Shown here: positions 32,143 through 46,600 of the stretch, piece after piece
Layout of the letters: each line of letters begins with the position of its first letter
How positions within the stretch are numbered: position 1 is the first letter of the stretch
DNA from: Oopsacas minuta
Taxonomy: Eukaryota > Animalia > Porifera
Reading direction: 5' to 3'
Length of the DNA stretch: 64,000 nucleotides
NCBI GenBank assembly: GCA_024704765.1
Contig: JAKMXF010000110.1
Coordinates: 620,001-684,000 of the forward strand
The notes under the pieces: generated by a model
What the model was told of the DNA's origin: nothing
Databases searched by the model: none
Seen by the model: only the letters and a program-made list of their open reading frames with translations
Translations under genes and position numbers: made by a program

Positions 32143-33075
32143 CTATTTCTTGACCTTCTTGCCATAGAACTCTAACTCCTTCCCTTCTAGAACATACCCA
32201 TCACAGCGACCGCATTGTCCAGGGCGGCTTGAGACGCATGCGTATAGTTTCCCAGAATTGAACTGATCAGATATTTGTTGTTCTAACTTGGAAATTAGTT
32301 TTCTTTTAGCTAACTTGTAACGAACATGTTTCGATGGAGCTGTTGTAGCTTTTGTTTCGGGTACTTTCTTCAATTCCTTCGTTTCTTTATTACCTTTTGG
32401 AGATTTTACGTCTTGTTTTAGTTTCAGTTTTGCATCAGCTTTGTCTTTCTCTAAATCTTTTATTGATCTTTTCTTACCAAGAGGAATACCGTAATGAGCC
32501 TCGTACCACTGACGGAAGGGAGTAGCATCGATCTAAATAGAATATTCTAGAGTATGCAAGGCTCAATATTCATTCCTATAAGCCAGCAATTCCCAACCTT
32601 TTTCAACAATGGACCCCTCCGATAGCCTGCAATACAAAATTTGAGATCCTACTGACCCTCAGCTGTCGCCAAGGGGACCTCAATGGTCACGAACCTTATT
32701 AGTAATAAATCGTCCATTTTCGTCCCAGCACAACAATTATAATTCGGTAAAGTCTCCCACACTTACCTGTATAATGCATCCTTTCACTAGTGTCTTAGTA
32801 CTGACTAGCTCATTATTACTAGCATTATACACTACGTCTACAATACGCGTCTTCTTTGTAATAGTCTCACTGCCCCAACTGAAGTTCCCTGAATCCAGAC
32901 GAAGAGCCCTGAATTTCCTGTTGCCCCCTCTGGTCCGGACGGTTCGGACACGTTTCTGTCCAAGCTTCGTATTCGCTGGGGGGCGACCCATCTCGAACTT
33001 CCGTTTTTTTCGCCATAGGGCCTGCTTACCGCCAGTAGAACGCCTCTTGTGCCATTTGTCACGAGAAATACCCAT
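32143..33075 (-). CDS. RPS8: 40S ribosomal protein S8 (eS8), 2 exons, 232 aa
   Basis: Exons 33075-32767 and 32532-32143; [61 protein letters not shown]. Confidence 0.97.
32583..32695. mobile_element. hAT-like MITE fragment in the RPS8 intron
   Basis: CAGCAATTCCCAACCTTTTT...TGGACCCC resembles CAGTGGTTCCCAACC hAT ends. Confidence 0.4.
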
Positions 33076-33147
33076 TTTTGCTAATAGCTAGATTGTATGG
33101 ATAATTATCAAAGTCAGTTAATTTCATAGAAATAGCAATGAGGACAG

Positions 33148-33426
33148 ATGATGTCTATCTAAGCATGCGAGCAGGCTGCTTTCATATCTCTTTATTTGAT
33201 AACATTATCATAACACAAAGTAGACAATTCATGAAAATTCAATGATGCAACTTGTAAATCTGTTAATTAAGCGTGTTAGAGGAGGTCTGTGATGATAAAA
33301 TCACTTCTATTTACCCGTTAGTTAGTAAATATATGTGTATTTGAATTTCAAAATAATGACAATATTCCTGCGGCAGGTAAACTGGATGCGGGCGGTGGAG
33401 CTGAAATAACTACAACTAACAGTCCC
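33148..33426. mobile_element. MITE family A copy upstream of RPS8, left end missing
   Basis: AAGCATGC...GTGTTAGAGGAGGTCTGTG...GATGCGGGCGGTGGAGCTGAAA shared with 41181-41520. Confidence 0.7.
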
Positions 33427-33488
33427 CTAATAAGAAAATATATAAATACATAACTCGAATAAATATACCCAATTTGGATGTAATATAT

Positions 33489-34040
33489 TCAAATAACATT
33501 ATGAGCAGGTCTTCTCATATCCTTGGCAAACCAGAACTCATCAACCATTTGGTATTCCTCCTTCAGGGGTTCCTTCAGGGGCTCCTTTATCCGCTTCAAT
33601 TTTGGTCGATTATTTTCATTGAATTTTACCATTAATTTCGTTAGTTCTGTTTTCGCAGAATTCAAGGACTCTTCTTCCAAATAATGTATTACTAGATTTG
33701 TGTCCATTACTTCTATCATACAATTCGAATTTATTTCTATATTTTCCAAATCATTTTTCAATTTAGTTTTCAGCTCTCTGGCGAAGGTGTTAGAAATTAT
33801 AACCTCGAGTACAAACCCCAAATTTAGCGTATTTTGTATAAGTTTTTTCAGCTCCCGTGTCCCGTATCGGAAGTCTGGATAGAGACCGTGTACAATGATC
33901 GGTTCTTTGGGATTGACAGGGACGTTAATTTGCAAATTGTAATTCTGCAGAACTTCTCTGTAAGCTTTGCCGTGCGGCTTTCCAAATAAAAGATTGCGTG
34001 TATGAATCGGAACGTCAAGTTTCACGCATTTCTGCTCCAT
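33489..34040 (-). CDS. Hypothetical protein, possible degenerate KH-like domain
   Basis: 183 aa ATG ORF; VKLDVP..RNLLFGKPHGKAYREVLQNYNLQINVP..EPIIVHG follows a type I KH beta-alpha-GxxG-alpha-beta-beta pattern (inference). Confidence 0.5.
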   Translation of the reverse strand: MEQKCVKLDVPIHTRNLLFGKPHGKAYREVLQNYNLQINVPVNPKEPIIVHGLYPDFRYGTRELKKLIQNTLNLGFVLEVIISNTFARELKTKLKNDLENIEINSNCMIEVMDTNLVIHYLEEESLNSAKTELTKLMVKFNENNRPKLKRIKEPLKEPLKEEYQMVDEFWFAKDMRRPAHNVI

Positions 34041-34094
34041 CTAGCAGTTCAAATTGGCTTATAGAATGTAGCAATCAATCATGGAATGTAAATA

Positions 34095-34177
34095 CAGTAG
34101 ACTCTCTTAATAGGGTCACATGGGGACCAGGCCATTTTGACCCGATTAACCGGCTGTCTATTCAGCGGAGTCTATTG
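34095..34177. mobile_element. 83-bp pogo-like MITE
   Basis: TA-CAGTAGACTCTCTTAATAG ... CTATTCAGCGGAGTCTATTG-TA imperfect terminal inverted repeats with TA duplication. Confidence 0.7.
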
Positions 34178-34683
34178 TATTATATTGAATGATAATTCTC
34201 GCCAATCTAATCATTAATCAAGTGAAAATGTGTCCTTGTTAAGTGGTTATAGCGTTTGAGTTTGCCGTAAAGTATCATACAAAATCAGCCCAATATTTTG
34301 TCACTAGAAGCCCTGACAAAGACGTCAATAAATTCTGATAAATACAGTGTATACCGGTGTATACCGGATATAAACGCCATCCTTTGGAAAACAACTCTCA
34401 TATATTCCTGTATATTTATACCGGTTATACGAATATGTATAGATACTCCCAAGGGTGATCTTACAACCAGCATACGCTGTATTCCCAACAAAATCCCGCA
34501 GCCCGCCGAGTAAGAAAATAATAAACATACGAAATATGAAATAATTCGAGAAAATACGAAGGTTTGTTGACAATTAATACTAACAAATATGTTTCTATTG
34601 ACAATTCAGAGTTCATCGTTAACAAACCTAATTAGCAATATTGTATTCAGTTGGAAGTGATCTTTACCCAAAGTTTAAGAAAA

Positions 34684-37600
34684 TTAATAGTCAGATTCAG
34701 AGCTTGGTTTATCGATTAAATTCTCATTTTGTAAATCCATAGTTTCAATTTCCATTTCGTTAGTTCCAATATCAGTTACAGTTATAGTTTCATAATCTCC
34801 ACAAGCTTGTAGGTTTACTTTCTCAAGCGTCTCGCGTAAAATGTCTACACGACCTGGTGGGATCAGAATCCCGACCTCCCTCTCCAAATTAGTCGTGTAT
34901 ATTCTGACAACCTGTATATGGAAATTTCCTGTGACGTCGCTTGCTAGTGATTTACATAAATGCGACCACACGCCAAGAACAGACCCACTTAACACGTATT
35001 TAGTTGAGGAACGCAGGCCAACTTCACAAGGACTATTCGTGGAATCTAGTTTGCATTGTCCATGTAGATATCTGTGTTTGCACTTAGTAAGAGATTCTGT
35101 GTATAGATTAATCCAGTGAGGTTTAGCTTCATCGAGAGTGACCTGAAAATTAAAATATTTGATTAAAGTGTCATAAAAGCTGAATTCTATATAAAGTGCA
35201 ATAATATTTGTAAACAAATTCACGTAAATACTATAAAGTATCTAATACAAACAAACAAACAAACAAATAATAAGTGTTTAAGCCATATGAATATTCTAAA
35301 GTATTAATTGAGCTCAAATCTCCAAGCTTCAAACTCTTCGACAGTAATACCGTAAAATAGTTTATTGACACAATTGCCACCAACAAGTGGATCTACATAG
35401 TGGCTGTATGGGTTTGTAGGTGGCAGAATATTGTGGCATAGCCAGCAAAAATGCGTGCCACAATTTGAACAGTGCACTTTTGAACAACCAAATATTTTTT
35501 CGATATGTATCTTGCACTTTGGACACTTTTTCGTATTTTTTTGTAACCATAACTCATCTTCGATATCTGAACTCATCTGCTCTAATACACTTTTGCCATA
35601 TTTCCTTTCCAGAAAAGCTTTTTTCATAGAATTCCCTTGTTTGTATTCTTGTATAATTTCTTTGAATTTGTCCTTACTGAACACACAGGGCGATACTCCG
35701 TGATACACACGTCTACATTTAGGACAGAAACAATATTTGCAAACAAGACAGATCGCCATTGACTTATCTGCCATTTGTAGCTCGGACGGAGAGCCACAAA
35801 TTGTCAGAGGGCAATAGACAATGTCCTCCATTTCCTCAAGGGCCCGTTTAAACAAAAACTCGTCGTATCGGGCGTATAAATCTTTATTGACACTCTGTGA
35901 CAGAATTTGATTGTTTATTAGAGAATTGCAGTTTCCTTGAGGACACTGCAATATTGAAATTGAAAATTCTTGGATTTTTGTTGACAAATATTTTGATAAA
36001 CAAATTTTACAAAATGAATGTTGACACGGCCGTATTTGTAAACATTTTGTGCCCGGTAAATATTCCATACAAATAGCACAATAATGTTGTTGTTGACAAA
36101 ATTCTTCATATAATTTAGAGGTGTTGAAATGTTCAACTATTTCCAAAAGATCTGAAGACAAAATCCCATCTTGGATTGCTCGTAAGTCGTGGCTTTCCTT
36201 TGGGTATTCTAAATTGAGTGTATAAGGGAATTGTATGTCCAGGAATTGGAATAAATCGTTTGTTAAGAACTGGAACCAATCGAAGAGAACTGTGCCACCT
36301 CTGTTCTCATACCAGATTGTGTCGAGTTTGCGACACAGTTTAGAAAGCTGTGAGAAATTCAACCATTTGGAAGTGAGGTGGAATGAAGGACCATAATTTG
36401 ATGGATAGTTATTCGGAAATTCAAATTCCAAAATAATCGGCGGCAAATAGTTGAGTGAAAATTCTGTGAAAATAAAATCCAATTGTAATTTTTCGCTATC
36501 CAAACTGGTTCGGACATACTTTTTGGTGAAAATCCTAATTTTCTGTGGCGTTTGGAAATGACATGGAATTTCTAAAGTGGCTCTAATTGTCGGTGTTAGC
36601 TGTATTATTTTAAGAATATTGTCTTGACCATAAATTGCCTTCAAAGTGTCAAGTTCTGAATGCTGTAATTCAAAATTGCAATCCATATCTCTAATTATTA
36701 ATAAAAATATGATTCAATAGAGTACAACTGGCAGAAGGTACACATGGTCAATTCACTTAACTTACCAAACATTGCAAACAGCAAATATAACCAAGGCAGG
36801 TGGAACAACGACAGCACCTCCCTTCTCACCGCTTCCTAGATTCCCCTGAAGGGGGGGGAATGGATAAGCTGCCATGAGCGGATGGAAGATGACCACGAAA
36901 TGATGCCATGAGTAGACTTTATAGGATGTCACCGATAATAGTGACCGTTATGGACATGTTTGACTGTATTTTATTGTATTAAATGGCCACAAATACGACA
37001 CATTTCGTTACGAACAGTTGAAGTTGAAAAGGAGAAATTATAAAGGATTAAAGTATCAAGTTTCCCACTATAGGCAGATATTTGTAAACACAGACAAATT
37101 GTACATATTTCAATTCTTTCCTCTAAACGGTTGTTATGGACTCTACCAAAAATGTTTACGATGCTATTGTCGTGGGGGCGGGTGTTGAAGGAGCGGCTAC
37201 TGGTCTATTTTTAGCCAAGAAAGGTGTGAAAACGCTCATTCTAGAACAATTCGGCCTATACCATACAAGAGGGAGTTCGTCTGGAGAGACCAGGATTATT
37301 CGAAAGGCATACACCGAAGAGATATATGTTTCTATGATGGCTGAAGCGTACAAACTGTGGGAAGAAATCGAGATGGAATTCGGTGATAAAATATTGAACC
37401 AATGTGGTGGACTTATTGTGGGAATGAGCGAAGCATCGAAAGAGGAAATTATAAGACGATCAGAAACAAATCTTGAAAAATATCGGATACATTATGAAAT
37501 GCTTGATGGGAGAGAAATAAGAAAAAGATGGCCAATTTTGAGGGTCGAAAATGAAGTGTTGGGATTATGGGAACCCACAATGGGAATGCTTTATGCCAAG

Positions 37601-40600
37601 AAAGCAATCAAGGCAATGTTAAGCCAATTTGTAAAGCGAGGCGGGGAAATACAGGAATATAGAAAAGTGGTTAAGATGGAACAAATGGGAGAGAAAATCG
37701 GACAGAATATTCTAAAAATAACTACACATAACAAAGAACAATTTTTCTGCAAGAAGCTAATCCTCTGTACTGGACCATGGACTAACCACGTGCTGTCACT
37801 TGTCAATTTTAAAGTGCCCATATCACCGGAAAAAGTGATTGTACCATTCTGGAAAATTCTAGAACAAAATACTCGCGGAATTTCATTGGCTGAGATTCCT
37901 GTGTTTATATTTTGGGGATCGAAAGATGTCACATTTTTCAATGTTATGCAAGAATACGAATATCCAGGTTATCTTAAAGTGGCATTACGTGGTTCAATAG
38001 CCTGTGACCCAGATAAAAGAGATTCCGTGGATATCGACTCAATAACAGTGCCCAAATTGGCTCAGTTTATTACTAACACCTTTCCATATGGCATGCTCGA
38101 CACATCTTCTCCAGGGATAACGGAACAGTGCATTTACACAATGACACCTGATTCAAACTCAATCATTGACCAACATCCTATTCATAGTAACATCTATATT
38201 TGTTGTGGATTTTCAGGACATGGATTCAAACTGGCGCCTGTTATTGGTCAGCTGATGTCAGATATGCTATATGGAACTGAAACCAAGTTCGATTTGAAGC
38301 ATTTTAGTTTGAAAAGATTCAAGAAGGCTAAGCTATAGTTACAATACTCTCTGTTTTGATTTTAAATTAAACAAGAGGATCATATGATTAAATTACAGTA
38401 AGCTCTTATATGGACAATTTGGCTTATAGTATGTATATGTTAGATCTAGGAACAAGTTCTAAGCTCTAAGCGATAAAATCTTCACAAATCTCCATGAAAA
38501 AGATAACGAAGTGTTCTATCCCATGATAATACATTGGAAATCGCCTAGCGTAGATTGAGGCACTGGAAGGAGCTACAGACTTGAATTTTGGTATGCAGGT
38601 AGGATACCGTATATCAAGATATCACCTCAAACATCTAGGCGAAATCTCAAAAACTCCCAGAGATATGTGGCAAAATATCTTGACCTATCAGATGGGTGCA
38701 TTTCAAATGTACAAGTTACATAGCTGCTGGTATTCATTCTTAATGCCTATTTGAGACTGTAAATTGATTGGTTAGGGAAAATACATTACATTTGGTCCTA
38801 ACAACTAAATATACAATATACCATGTGATTATGGTATAATTGCTACACGAGGGATACCTGGAGTGTTCGATGCCCGCACCGCAAGCAAGGAAAGCATGCT
38901 TGTATTGATAATTTCCTGGAAATTTGTATATATTCATTACTGACATACTAAGATATGTATGTAACTAGAGCATAGAGGATGAGTCGTTTACATCATATTT
39001 GTGTATTCAGTAATTAGTGCAAGGCCAGATGAATTTACATAACACCCCACAGGGCAAGATGATTTAGATGTTTACAATGAGAAATTGGTTAATAGCAAGG
39101 AATTATTATTATTTAGAATTCAACACAATACATTTAAGATAAATCTACATTTTTGAGAATTACATTCTTCTCTAAATCAAATTCTTTGAGGACCAAATGT
39201 TTTGAAAGTACTTCCTTGGCTTTATCGTCATATCTTCTTTGTGAATACTTTGAAAAAATATGTGAACATTTTAGATAAACAAGCAACACAATCATAACAA
39301 AAAAGAATAAACATAATATCGCGAAAAACACAATTGTCGGTATAACAACATATGTAAAAATTTGATTTTTAGCTAAACAATCAACAAATCTTAGCTGAAA
39401 CGCCAAAACAATACTCAAAAACAAGAAAAACTTCATCTCAGAATTGATTCTATAAAGTATACTTTCTGAAAACAGATAATTCTCCTGTTTAAATAGAAAG
39501 CACGCTGGTGTTAATTAATTAAATTTGAAATGAGCATATGCTAAGTTTTTGATAAATATACATAAACTCATCCCACAATGAGTTGGTCTACATCATGAGT
39601 GAACTCAGGAATTCACTTAGTTTAACATTTTAACAGGTAAGATATTCTACGTTAGCTAATATTAAAGTGACAATCTTAACGCTTACAGAAATTTGAATTT
39701 GATATAAGCAAATCATTGAGGTGTTAACTGTAATTATTGTCGATTGAGATTTCGTGAGACACAAATATGATAACAAGAATTGTGTAATTAAAGCGTTAGC
39801 TTATATCATTAATTTGAATGTAATTCAATTAGCGTCTACTAGAATCATTGAATTAATGGAGGGACGAAATATTTAACGTCGTAGCATTAATATTCCTTAA
39901 ATCATTGAATAATAGCTGTCAGTTGTATTTTCTATATTTACGCGCCTAGTTTGGCAACTCTTGGCCGAAATTTCATGCGCCTAAACATCAATTAGGAACT
40001 ATAAACAAGCGCCAAATATGTCTGAATAAATCTTAGTTCCCATTCCAAGGAATTTCCCAAATATACATGAGTATATTATGGATCTAATAATTCTACGGTG
40101 TAACCTCCACAAACGGCATGCCAGGAACGCCGAAAAATGTTTCTCCGTTTCTACCAAATTCTCAGTTTGTAGAGGTTCATTTGTTTGGGGCTAGCAATTC
40201 GCTCAATGTATTTTCAACCCTTTTTCAGAAGTTCCCCGTTTCCAAAGCCCCGTATATGGAAGTTAGATTGTTGTATTAAATATACTGACAGTATTATTGA
40301 AATATCACATCATACATAAACATACACACATACAAGAATTACACAGTTTCCCCAGTATGTTCATTCTCATACAAATCAATAGCAATGCTGTAAGTAGGGG
40401 GTCTTTCCGTCTCGACAGGTTGTTCCTCTGGTTGTTCACTTGTTTGTGTATTTATTTGCATTTCCAGATCTGTGATTTGTCGCTGATACATTTGTCGTCG
40501 TATACACATTAGTTTTGCGACACAAAACACGACAATACAAAGTATAAGAAGAGTTACAAGAGCAATTAATAAGTTGGGGACGGAAGTCGTAATTGCCAGT

Positions 40601-43600
40601 AATTCATTATGAGTGAGAGCGTGGGTGTTTGTCACGATGGTAAATAATAACAATAATGTGACTGTAAACAATGGTTCCATATTGACTTCAATTTTGTATA
40701 TAATAATGTAATTGAGGATGAAATATATATCAAAAGTTATACCTACTTTGGCCACAAACACAGAATTAGTTGAGTAAACAGTTTGTAGGGAAGTTTGATT
40801 AAATATATGGCAATTAATGGATAAGATAAATGGTATAATTAAAATTTGTAGAAAGCACTTTAGATAAAAGCTAAGATTGTTAAAATATCATTTATCAGCT
40901 GACATCGTCTATGGTGACATTTCCTTGTTATTTGTAATAATTACATTACTAAATTCATTGATTATGAAGTAGATTTATTATGGACAAGATTGTTGATCCC
41001 ATGGGGCAGTCGTTCTCAACATTTTACACACGTGGCACCGCTTTGGTCGATTTTATGGGGTCCACGAACTGTATGGGACTGTAATGCGAAACCCCGAGAT
41101 CGCTCATGTTTTGGGAAGTTCGACGGCGAATATCTTCTGCTACTTGTCCTTTTGTAAAAGGAATTTTTGGCTTTACTTTAGGCCACTGTTAATGAGAAAC
41201 TTTTTTCAGCTCCACATTAGATCCACCTGAACATGCATGCGGGCGGGCACTTCATTATCATTATCTCATTATTTTGTGAGTTATCAGCTGGAAAATTGGT
41301 TCATTGACTTTATTCATAGAAATATTCTAATTACTAAAGTCAAATTTGATATGAGAATAGGCTGAAACTATGAAAAGATACTTCTATTGTACCCTACCCA
41401 GTTAATACACCTTGTAGTTGAAATACATTGAGTAAATGGTGAAATATCGACAATAGTAGTGAGGTAGCCAAATCAGATGCGGGCGGTGGAGCTGAAACCT
41501 GTTTCCAACTAACAGTGGCCTTATTTAGGTTATGAAGCCTTACCCCTCAAAAGTAATTACGAATGATACTAGCCTTTAATAACTGTACATACAAATGCAT
41601 GTATGCGTTCATAGTGGCTGTATGCAGAGAGCTAACATACTCAATATAAGTATGATTTACATTGTGTATTAGAAAGAAAGTTTTTCAGAAATATGGCAAC
41701 CGCTTCTACCGTTCAACCGTTCTTTTACGATGAGGATTGTACGTCAACAGTTGAGATATCGATCTCCTGCTCTAATCTACCCAAAATGGACATGTTCTCG
41801 GATTCAGATCCATTTATAACCGTGTACCAAAAGGAGCAGGGAACTTTCAAGAAAATCGGACAAACTGAGGTTAAGCAAAATACGAATAATCCAAAGTTTG
41901 ATAAAGTATTCCAAATGCAGTATCATTTTGAGGAAGAACAGATCCTGAAATTCGTATGTGAGGATCATGATAGAATTGGTAAGCACGATTATATCGGCGA
42001 CGTGCAGGTGCGGTTGGGCGAGATTGCCAGCTCGGGGGAACCGGTCGAGTTTAACTTAAAACATGAAGGAAAACTTCGAGGCAAAATACAACTTTGTGCA
42101 GAGGAAATGAGCGGATTGAAAGCCAAAATAATTTTCAAAGTTCAGTGCCAGAAGTTGGATAAAAAGGATTTTTTCGGGAAATCTGATCCATATTTTCAAA
42201 TTCGTAAGATCCGCGAAGGGAAACACCCTGTGGTTGTATTTACAAGTGAAGTTTATAAGAACACTCTCAATCCGACTTTCAAACCGTTCGAAATTGGCAT
42301 GTTTATACTAAGTTCTGGAGATGTAAATACTCCGTTGAGATTTGATGTTTTCGACTGGAACTTGAATTCCGAACCTGATCCTATCGGTTCATTCACGACT
42401 TCATTATCAGAGATCGGTCGAGGAAAGGAATTTCCAATAATTAACCTTGAAAAACAGCGTAAAAAAGGAACAAAGTATAAAAACTCGGGTATCTTCCAGT
42501 TTTTGGACGTCAAAACAGTGCCAACTCACACATTTATAGAATTCCTAAAAGGTGGCCTTCAAATACAACTCATGGTGGCGATAGATTTCACAGGGTCGAA
42601 TGGTAACCCAGCGGATCCGAGATCCTTGCATTACATTGGTGCTACAGATAACGAATACATAGAAGCAATCAAGAGTGTCGGTAACATTCTTGTGCCTTAC
42701 GATAGCGACCAGAAAATTCCAGTTTTTGGGTTCGGCGCCAAACTGCCACCTCACTATGAAAAAGCTCATCACTTCTTTCACCTGAATGGATGTTCTAATC
42801 CTGAAGTTGAAGGCGTCGAAGGGATTTTAGCAGCTTATAGACAGACACTCGCCATGTGCAGACTGTCTGGACCAACGAAATTTGGTGATATTCTCAAATA
42901 CGCAAAAGACTCAGCGAAAAATCAAGTGGAGGAATACAGTTATACAATATTGCTTATCATCACAGATGGTGTTATTGACGACATGACACTTAGTTCCGAT
43001 TTGATAGTGGAATCATCCACACTGCCACTTTCTATCGTAATAGTAGGAGTAGGTGGCGCCGATTTCTCAAATATGCATAAACTGGATGCAGATGAAATAC
43101 CATTAGTTCATTCGAGAACTGGGATTAAAATGAAAAATGATATAGTCCAATTTGTACCCATGAGAGAGGTCAAAGCGAAGTCACAATATTTCAATCTAGC
43201 CAAAGAGGTGTTGGAGGAGGTGCCAGGACAAGTTACAACCTATATGAGGTGTAACAATGTGGAACCAAGAACATCAATCGCCCGGGTATTCAAAACACCC
43301 TATGGGGAACCCGAAGCTCCTGCATATCCAGTCCCAGGCCCCTATAGTAGTGTGCCGGCGGTTCAGCAGGGTTACGGGACACCTTATCCGCCAGGACCGC
43401 AAGGATATCCACAGGGGTACGGTTACGGTGCTCCGCCGCCCCCTGCCCAAGGGGGAGGATACCCTCCTCATTATGTTACTCCATCTGCACCCCCTTCTAA
43501 TTGATACTATTTATAGATGTGTATATACTAGAAGTATTAATTGAGTTTGAAATGTAATTATTAAACTAATATATACCTGCCAACGTCCCCTATTTTGGTG

Positions 43601-46600
43601 GAAGGTCCGCCTTATCGGACATGTTTTGCCGTCTATTTCCCGCCAAAAAGCTTAATTGTCCCGCATGGTGCATTCTAGACTAATGCTAAGAGATTATTGT
43701 AGATAATAAACAAACGATTTAGATAAACATTTATAAATAGGATATAATCTAAAAATAGTATCAGCAGAGTTCAATATGGAAGTAGAACCTGTTTACAGAA
43801 TCAGTACACTTAGATTGGTATATCGATTCAGTTTCTGCATCTATGTCCAGTCTAAGGTTATGAGTGTTATTGATTGTCTTCTCTTTACCCAGCTGATCAA
43901 TACTGCTATACTTTAGTATGCCAGGTGATATACAGCTGTCAAATTCTCCTGATATCCTACGGACACGGAACAACACCAGGTTATCCTTTACCCATCCTAC
44001 CAGCTGTAAATGGTATCCTTTGATGTAGAAATCAGGTCCCACCATCTCCCCCTTACTCCCCGTGATCTGGTGACCCTTCAAACGCCACTCTGCACCCTGG
44101 AAACACATTTTCAGTGACTCTACGAACTTTGAGATATTAGGTATGAAAACAATCGCGGAGATTTGGCATTTCAAATAATTTTGGATTTCTTTCAGTGCCA
44201 AATTTTCGTTCTCCAAGTGTGCCAGTTTCATTTCAAAGTGCTGTGCTTTACTTTCGATTTTGTGATCGGTCATTTCATTAGTATTTGCTGACTGAAAAGA
44301 ACATCCAAATTTTGCGTAAGGACATTTGGCACTGAATTCGCACTCCGCAATATGAATTTCCAAATTTCCCAGTCCTCCAGTCCAGTCACACCCTGATTTA
44401 CTGAACGGACAATTCCAGGAAAATTTTTCGATACTCTCCCGCATAACAACCGATGGGACAGCTAATTCCTCATTTTCACAACAGTTTCTACAAGTTGTCT
44501 TTCCCTCTAAAACTAGTGCTTCACGCAAAATACCTTGACAGACTGGACATGTGACTAATTCCACTCTAGATGGCAGCTTGTGGAGCATATCTTTCTTATA
44601 CCCCCTAACCGATTTTCTTGTCCCTCTTGTCTCGACAGTTACACAAATAGATTCCTCTATAGGAGCGGCTGAAGCGGATGATTGTTGGTTAGTAGCCATT
44701 TAAGTTGAGGCATAAACTGAGACTGTATTATGCATAATTGCCAAGGTTATATTAGTAATCACTATCACGTGATTCTAATAATACGACTCACAAACAAATA
44801 TGATGTCACTTCAATTTTCCGCAGTATTTATAATATAATAGGCTGATAAAGTCCATAAACCAATTTGGATCTCAGATTTCATATTTGTTCAAACTTGAAG
44901 TCATACCGATTGGAAGATAGCGTGGACTATAAGGTTTGTTGTTGATTTCATAGGGAAATAGTTGGTCCACGGGATTTTTTAGAGTGAAGGTTCGATCTAC
45001 AGTGTACCTGCATAAACGGGTTGACAGCGACGCCGAAAATGCTACCCAATTCTGCCAAATCCGGCCAGGGCTGCCGTGGGAATGGAATGGGAATTGAATT
45101 TCCATTCCCATGACAAGTGTGCAAATCTTCCTTTTGTGGAGGTTCATTTGTATTTTTGATTACAAATATGTATTCATGTTATTTGCATCCAATTACACCC
45201 AAAACTACATAGTTTTCTAATTAAAATCTTTACAAACAAACATACAACAATCCTGTTTTAATTATATAAATATACACTTGTCAATTTCCCCGATTTTGCG
45301 AAGAGTCCCGCTTTTTCGGATATGTTTTGAAGTTTATTTACACCAAAAGTTGCCAAAAAGCTGAAATGTTGTTGTTGCATTCCAGGCTAAAGAAACTTGC
45401 TACGTCCCGCGATGTCCCGTTTTAGGCACAAATTGGATAATGTACAAAGAAAGGTCAACCATTGGTGCCTTCGGATCAAAAATGTCAAAGCGCACTTCTG
45501 AGATTATTGTAGATAATAAACAAACGATTTAGATAAACATTTATAAATAGGATATAATCTAAAAATAGTATCAGCAGAGCTCAATATGGAAGTAGAACCT
45601 GTTTACAGAATCAGTACACTTAGATTGGTATATCGGTTCAGTTAGTACACCTATGTCCAGTCTATGGTTATGAGTGTTATTGGTTGTCTTCTCTTTACTC
45701 CGCTGATCAATACTGCTATACTTTAGTATACCAGGTGATATACAGCTGTCAAATTCTCCTGATATCCTACGGACACGGAACAACACCAGGTTATCCTCTA
45801 CCCGTCCCACTAGCTGTAAATGGTATCCTTTGATGTAGAAATCAGGTCCCACCATCTCCCCCTTACTCCCCGTGATCTGGTGACCCTTCAAACGCCACTC
45901 TGCACCCTGGAAACACATTTTCAGTGACTCTACGAACTTTGAGATATTAGGCATGAAAACAATCGCGGAGATTTGGCATTTCAAAGAATTTTGGATTTTT
46001 TTCAGTGCCAAATTTTCGTTCTCCAAGTGGGCCAGTTTCATTTCAAAGTGCTGTGCTTTACTTTCGATTTTGTGATCGGTCATTTCATTAGTATTTGCTG
46101 ACTCAAAAGAACATCCAAATTTTGAGTAGGGACATTTGACACTAAATTCGCACTCCGCAATATGAATTTCTAAATTCCCCAGTGCTCCAGTCCAGTCACA
46201 CCCTGATTTACTGAACGGACATTTCCCGGGGATGGTCTCGATGCCCTGCCGCATAACAACCGATGGGACAGCTAATTCCTCATTTTCACAACAGTTTCTA
46301 CAAGTTGTCTTTCCCTCGAATACAAGTGCTTCACGCAAAATACCTTGACAGACTGGACATGTGACTAATTCCACACTAGATGGCCGCTGGTGGAGCATAT
46401 CTATCTTATACCCCCTAAACGATTTACTTCTCCCTCTTGTCTCGACAGTTACACAAATCGTTTCCTCTATAGGAGCGGATGATTGTTGGTTAGTAGCCAT
46501 TTGAGTTGAGGGAAAATATCTGAGGTATAAATAAGGCATTATTATGCATAATTACCAAAGAATTACTCATATTAGTAATCAATGCGCATGTGATGCTAAA

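Noticed and set aside
32533-32766. snoRNA in the RPS8 intron
   Set aside because: No C/D box pair found; the GC-rich part looks like a hAT-type MITE fragment
34285-34573. Overlapping short ORFs near TATACCGG repeats
   Set aside because: Low-complexity AT-rich sequence, non-ATG or weak starts, no homology signal
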